Source: Laetmonice hystrix
Taxonomy: Eukaryota
Reading direction: 5' to 3'
DNA length: 64,000 nucleotides
NCBI GenBank assembly: GCA_965235115.1
Contig: OZ249445.1
Span: 17,670,001-17,734,000, forward strand
Shown here: in pieces, positions 58,279-64,000 of the stretch
How positions within the stretch are numbered: position 1 is the stretch's first letter
Layout of the letters: each line of letters starts with the position of its first letter
The notes under the pieces: model-generated
Databases searched by the model: none
Told to the model about the DNA's origin: nothing
The model's input: the letters and a program-made list of their open reading frames with translations, nothing else
Position numbers and translations under genes: made by a program

Positions 58279-60592
58279 AACCGCCAACGTATCTGGGCCG
58301 ACACTATGGGCTCATTCCTGGGATAGCTCGGCAGGGGACGTCCGTGAAATCGGACACTTAAAGCCGGGTGAAATCGTTCACGTAGTAGATCAGGAGGATG
58401 AGGCGAGAGGGTCTGCTATGTGGATCTGGATACGTCGGACCGACAACTGGGTCATCACTAGAGGGCGGGCGGTGACGTCAGATTATCGAAAGTGGCATAG
58501 AATGCAATGAACTTACCAAAGGTTAAAAGGATGCGTTGTCTCTCTTCTAGGGTGATATACCGGCACAAATAACAAAAGTTACTTAGGTCTGTTAAAACAT
58601 AATCAACTTTAACTATAGAATGTGAAAGTAAAAATTACACTCAAAACTGACGTCTGGTTTCCTATGTTTTTTCTGGCTAGTATTTCTGCGTTGATTTTGC
58701 GTTGAGAACACGTATATGGTGATGGGATGGGTGGAGCTGGCCAGCCATGCTGTCTACATGACCCAAGGGGACGGGGCCCTGGGTAGTTGGAGTGCGCATA
58801 GCCAGACAATCTTCTCTTAATGCGTGCCGGTCAATGATTGCTTTACTCAGACAGATCGGTGAGAGACATGTCCAGGCACTACGTGTAGGTTTCAGCATGG
58901 ATAGACCCATAAAGCTTGGCACGTAGACTTCTCTTCTTGCTGGACACATAGACAAGGTTTAGAAATACAATGTAAGACAGGCTTGGCGTATAGAAGCCTG
59001 GTTTGACACATACCGTAGACATACCGGTAGCTATGGTTGACACGTAGACAGCCGGCCAGACACCTGGAGCCAGACAGCGCTGTAATGACGCACACCCATC
59101 ACCTATAGTCTGGACTGGTTCATCTTTACCTTGTCACCAATACATCATCCAGCAGATCCAGTCCTCATCTTTTCACCTACATAAATCAAAGGATATGTTG
59201 GTTGTATCAATTCGTTAAAATACAGGAAATATGTGGTATCATATTTTGTCGTTCTCAGTGCTTGGTTAATCGATTCAATCTGATGACCAAAATGAAACCA
59301 CAGGGGACATGTAATGACGACATGGAGGTTAGAGGATGAGGCGCGGCCTGTACAAATACAAGATGGTATCCAAGGCTGGGGACTGAAGTAGTGGTATCGT
59401 GATGGCACCCAGGCCTGCTTGCAAAAACAGGGCAGTAACAAAAACACCATCTGAATGTATCTTCATATGTGGATGGAAGCAGGCAATCATCATATCAAAT
59501 ATAGTCCGTCTGTCTTCAACTGTATTTAGTCGCCTCGCGTAGAGCCGCGGGTAACGGCTACTTCCTGGATTCTAACTGCCCTTTTATTTATTTTTTTTTT
59601 CATTCAGGATACTTTTGCATAGCATCCTCTACATCAATAAATATCTAAATAGGAAAATGTGGAAGAAATCAATTATTTATTTAAAGAGGATACAGACGAA
59701 AAAAAACCCATGGGCCAGGATCCTGACTAGTGCTCAATGACCTGCGGATAGAGAAGTTTGTAATGTCTCCGGACATTGGCACGTTCCTTGACACTGAGGG
59801 TGGAATGTACCGAGTGACCGGGTCTGTGTAATGAGATGAGGAGCCCTCCTCAGCCCCAGACCGGGATGTCCGATCTCAGTAATGGAGCAGCGTGGGTCAT
59901 AACTCCAAACGAAAGCGAGGAGGGCAATAGTAGCCCGCCCTGGTGTTTGGTTGGTTTGATCTAGTTGTCGACATGACCCGTGTAGTTATGATCAACGGGC
60001 CCCCGGCTGTGGGTCTCTATCAGTCGATAGGCGATCAGAGACAAGTCCTTCCTCTTCCCTGTCCGACCGCCCGGAGATCAGCAGAGGTCATTGGTCTTGT
60101 AATAACACGGCCTGGCCATTGGTGGAGATCCCTGGTCAGAAGGTCGTCCGCCAGGGATGGGGCACGCAACGGTTACAAAAAATCCGAAGGTTGACGTCCC
60201 CTGGAGATTTAGGTCTGGCACTGCTGCCGCTACTAGGGGCTGTTTGACGGAAACCTTCCATCGTTCTAGATCTCTGGTCGTGACCAGTATCGTGTGGGAG
60301 AACCTCTTATACTTCGAGACTAGGAATTAGAATATGAGAGACTGTACACGTAGAATAGATCTGGCATTGAAACGGCTGAAGATGAGATTGATGGTACATT
60401 ATCATGAGAAAGAAACTAGAGCTGGAGCCTGGGCCATTGTCTCAATGACATGCGGGGGGATAGATTCCTTGAGATTATGGCGTCTCAAGTTTCCATCTTG
60501 TATTCACTTGTGATCTTGAACATTGAACAGATGTGAACGAAGTCGAAATACAAGTCGACGTGTCACAACAATGGCTCAGTACAGGGGGCATT

Positions 60593-60674
60593 GTAAGTCG
60601 TGCAAGGCTGGAAGTAGCCAACTTATGAAGTAGTAAGTCGTGCAAGGCTGAAAGTAGCCAACGTATGAAGTAGT
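60593..60674. repeat. Tandem duplication of 40 bp (2 copies)
   Basis: gtaagtcgtgcaaggctg(g/a)aagtagccaac(t/g)tatgaagta occurs twice. Confidence 0.85.
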
Positions 60675-61530
60675 CGTTTTGCTATTCGTGTCGTGTCTGC
60701 CTTCTCCCCAGGGTGCTATCCTGATTCCATAACGCTGAGGTAGTTGAGGCTGACCTCTGACTGGTCAAAGTTCAACAGTAGCTGCTAGGATGCCACTTTG
60801 GGTCTATGTACTACATTATAAGAGAAAGTATTGACACATAGCGCCGGCATGACTCGATCTTCACCACCAAGGGGGGAATGGTTGCGGACGCCACTCAGGG
60901 GGTCAGATTGGTTTTCCAGAGTCAAGTGATGGACTATGCAAGCAATTTGAAAAAAAAAATATGGAAACAACATCTTCCCTGCCACATTCCGGAAACATTT
61001 TGTTGCCAAATATGGCCTGAGTGATAGGGATGGTTTGTATCGAGATATAACAGGCCTGAATCACTGTGTTTATCAAGGATGCTGGTTTAATATGTTTGTC
61101 ATGTAATTAATTAGGCCTGAGTTTAGACCGAGTTGACGTGGCTTTGATCTGATGTGTTAGTAGAGTTGGCCTGATTTAAGTCGAGTGAACATGTTGTATG
61201 ATCTGGTGACATTAACATGTGAGAAGAGAAAGCAGGTCGACTACTTCATAATGGAAGGTCACCAGGGCGGTTGGGCCCACCGCCTCATTGTGAACACAAA
61301 GATTGCTCTGTTTCACCAAGAGAAAAAAGAATATTCAAGTTTTTTAAGCGTTATCATTTGAAGCGTTGTTTAGTGATCCACGGCATGTGGTAGTTGGCAA
61401 TCGATGACCCAAGCAACCTCTCGTTCCTCGTACATAAATTTAGAAGACTTGGATCTATTTCTGCCCTGCCTGCCATGTTACGTATTGCATAATTCACTCA
61501 CGTTATATTTCCTCATTATTATGTAAACAG

Positions 61531-61650
61531 TGCTGCCTCATCCCCAGCACTGCTGCCTCATCCTCAGCACTGCTGCCTCATCCCCAGCACTGCTGCCTCA
61601 TCCCCAGCACTGCTGCCTCATCCCCAGCACTGCTGCCTCATCCCCAGCAC
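61531..61650. repeat. 20-bp tandem repeat, 6 copies
   Basis: tgctgcctcatccccagcac units. Confidence 0.95.
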
Positions 61651-62637
61651 TAAATCACCGTCTGTCCATCGTGGGTGGTAGAATATCGGAGGTCGTCTTC
61701 GACATATAATTTACGTCAGGTTATTTGTCCGGTTAAAGTGTGGATTTATAAATGCCTCTTATTCGGAAACGGTATATTTGCACTCTCAGACTGTAGACTC
61801 ATGAATAAATCCCGCGTTCATTCTTACAACGGGAGAAACCCACAGTCGGCCCCGCCGTCTTGTGCCAAAAATACCAACAATAGGTGGTATTATGACAAAT
61901 TGGTTTCGACGTTTCTCCCTCCTAACTAACCCCAGTGGCGGGGCTGGGCGGCCTTACATTAGATCCTGTAGGAACTGACCCCGTCACACAATGTACACCG
62001 CTCGACCTCCCATTGTCGACCCAACAAATGATTAAGCTTGAGGATCAAGCAAATGGGGAAGGGCTGCCGGTAGAAATGGGTGTTTACGAATGCAGATTCA
62101 GTGAGGAGAAGTTTGGGGGATGGTTTGGTGTTGAGCTGGGATGAGGAGGAGCAGATGGAAGAATGCGTGTACAGCCGGTAGATTAGCGGCTGTTTGGAGT
62201 GGCGGCGAGTGTAAAGTGGTTTGTGTTAATGTTAAGAGCAGGGGTGAGTCATACCGGGACGGTGGCGGGTGTGGAAAGGTGTAGTGGCCTTTTATTTCAG
62301 ACGAGATGATTCCAACGTTCGTGTGGTGGTTGGGGGTGGGGGGTGGGTGGGGGTACACACTAGTGGAAGCAACCATTGATGAATGAATGTAGAAGGGGGT
62401 GGGCAGGTGGTTGGTTTTGGCGGGGTGGGGGTAGGGGTGGGGGTTCACACAGACGAATGGGTGAATGACTCAGGGGTGGGGGCAATGAGGACAGGCGGGT
62501 TCGCCGCTCGTTCTGGTTGGCTGGGACATTTAGGTGGTCTTACCTAATGGAACTGCTGGCAATCCAATGAGGCCATTGATGCAGTAAGCCCCAGTTAACA
62601 AGGGAGGAGTTGGGACAATTGTTTCATTTTTCATCAG

Positions 62638-64000
62638 CCGTTGCAAAGCCGTTCACGTCGCCCCGGCGTTTAACTTGTACACGCTGCTTGTTGACGCACA
62701 CAACAAGTATGGCAGGACTCCCAGCAAATGGTTATACCAACGGTCAGCTGTCATCAGACGAGGAAATTGACCTCCGTGTCGCCAACAGGCATGGCAGTAA
62801 AGCTGGGAGCCGTCCATCAAGTGGGGAACTCGACTCGGACGACAAAGACTCTATAGAAGGCGAGGGGTGCATGAGGGATTACTACTGTGGAGGCGACTCG
62901 GACGGCAACCACGGCTCTGAAGACGGCCTGCCAGAATGCCATCGAGAGACCGGTCACCAATATGAAGAGGCCATGGAAATAGACGAGGACGGGGACTCTG
63001 TTGACAACCGTGAGACAAAAGGGGCCGACGCCATTGGGGAGGAGAAAGATGTAGGTGATGAAAAAGTGGTTGGCGTCAGTGGTGACGATGGCGCGTGGCG
63101 CCCCGACGGTGGGTGTTGGAGCGGGGAGGGTGGCGCCGGGCGGGAGCGCCAGGCGGCGGCACCGCGGCAGAGGGAGGCAGCGGTGGCTGTGGGCTGCAGC
63201 AGTCAGATGGTGCACACGGCCCGGCAGGCTGGCCAACGTCTGGACACAAACACAGCCACGGAGGCGGATGCAGACGGTAGCGGCGGTGTCAGAGAACCAG
63301 CTAGACACCATCACGATCATCATCAGCAGCAGCAGCAGTTTGACGATAGCTGCGACAGTCGGGCTACGGCGGCGGGAGAGAGCAGTAGTACTGGAGGACT
63401 CTGTGGTACGTCTGGAGTAAGTAACAGAATGGACACTGACCAACAGCTACACCAGGAGGACGAGGAGGAGGGGCAGCGCCGGGAGAAGGTTACGCTGGAG
63501 GAACAGGAGAAAGAGCATAAAGATGGTGGTTCAGAGGATGATAGTGAAAATGAAGGGGAGGACTTTGAAAAATCTGCCAAGAAGGAAACGGGTGAATATG
63601 TGAATGAGGCGGCGGCCGACCCTGACAAGGATGTGGATGACACAGCGGCAGCCTCCAGTCATACCGAGCGAGGTGGTACTGGCGCCGACAGTGAGCAACA
63701 ACCCTGTGATAGTCATAAAACTGATCCACTTGAACAGACAACTGCTGATGTAGGCCACCGGGAGGAGGAGGGTGGCAGTGATAACGAGGAGGAGGAAGAG
63801 GAGGAGGATAAAGAAATGGAGGAGGAGGAGGACCCCGGCGTCACACGTGAGGACCCGGTGGCCGTGACCGCGGCTGGTGACTCCGGCCGGGGGGAGGACA
63901 AGGATCAGGAGGAGGACAAGGATCAGGAGGAGGAGGAGGAGGAACAGGAGGAGGGTGAGGCAGAGCGGGGTCAGACCCTCCCTGAAGGTGAGACACACAG
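62638..64000 (+). CDS. Large open exon running off the window: very acidic D/E/G-rich disordered segment (>=430 aa from ATG 62709). Either the continuation of the LIM gene or the start of the next gene.
   Basis: Manual translation shows no stop from 62640 to 64000 (absent from the ORF track because it is unterminated). Acceptor tttcatttttcatcag| at 62637 is phase 1, matching donor 52558; ATG 62709 has aagtATGG context. Contains HHHDHHQQQQQ and poly-E runs. Confidence 0.8.

Noticed and set aside
5071-61015. Perfect CArG boxes (5071, 43810, 61006), suggestive of SRF control of a muscle gene
   Set aside because: About five CC(A/T)6GG matches are expected by chance in 64 kb at this composition.

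Overview
Eukaryotic (bilaterian invertebrate-like) genomic DNA: large GT-AG introns, minisatellites and many G/C homopolymer tracts. I see no rRNA, tRNA, CRISPR array or prokaryotic operon. The window is dominated by one large + strand spliced gene. I reconstructed by hand 16 phase-compatible exons from 13349 to 52558 (4969 nt, about 1656 codons). In order they encode long disordered E/P/S-rich segments, a cluster of short symmetric exons sharing a PxLxFP..LRPP motif, an 1800-nt exon with seven ~62-aa repeats plus an E/R/K-rich helix, and a C-terminal EPLIN/LIMA1/LIMD2/XIRP2-type LIM domain split over three exons. Candidate alternative first exons, a 22-nt microexon, an alternative LIM-less ending and a phase-compatible acidic exon running off the window (62638 to >64000) suggest extensive isoform diversity. 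The first 12 kb is about 37% minisatellite (36, 64, 107, 58 and 104/101-bp units) and ends in a TTAA-flanked MITE. All exon calls come from splice consensus, reading frame and phase only; there is no transcript or database evidence.
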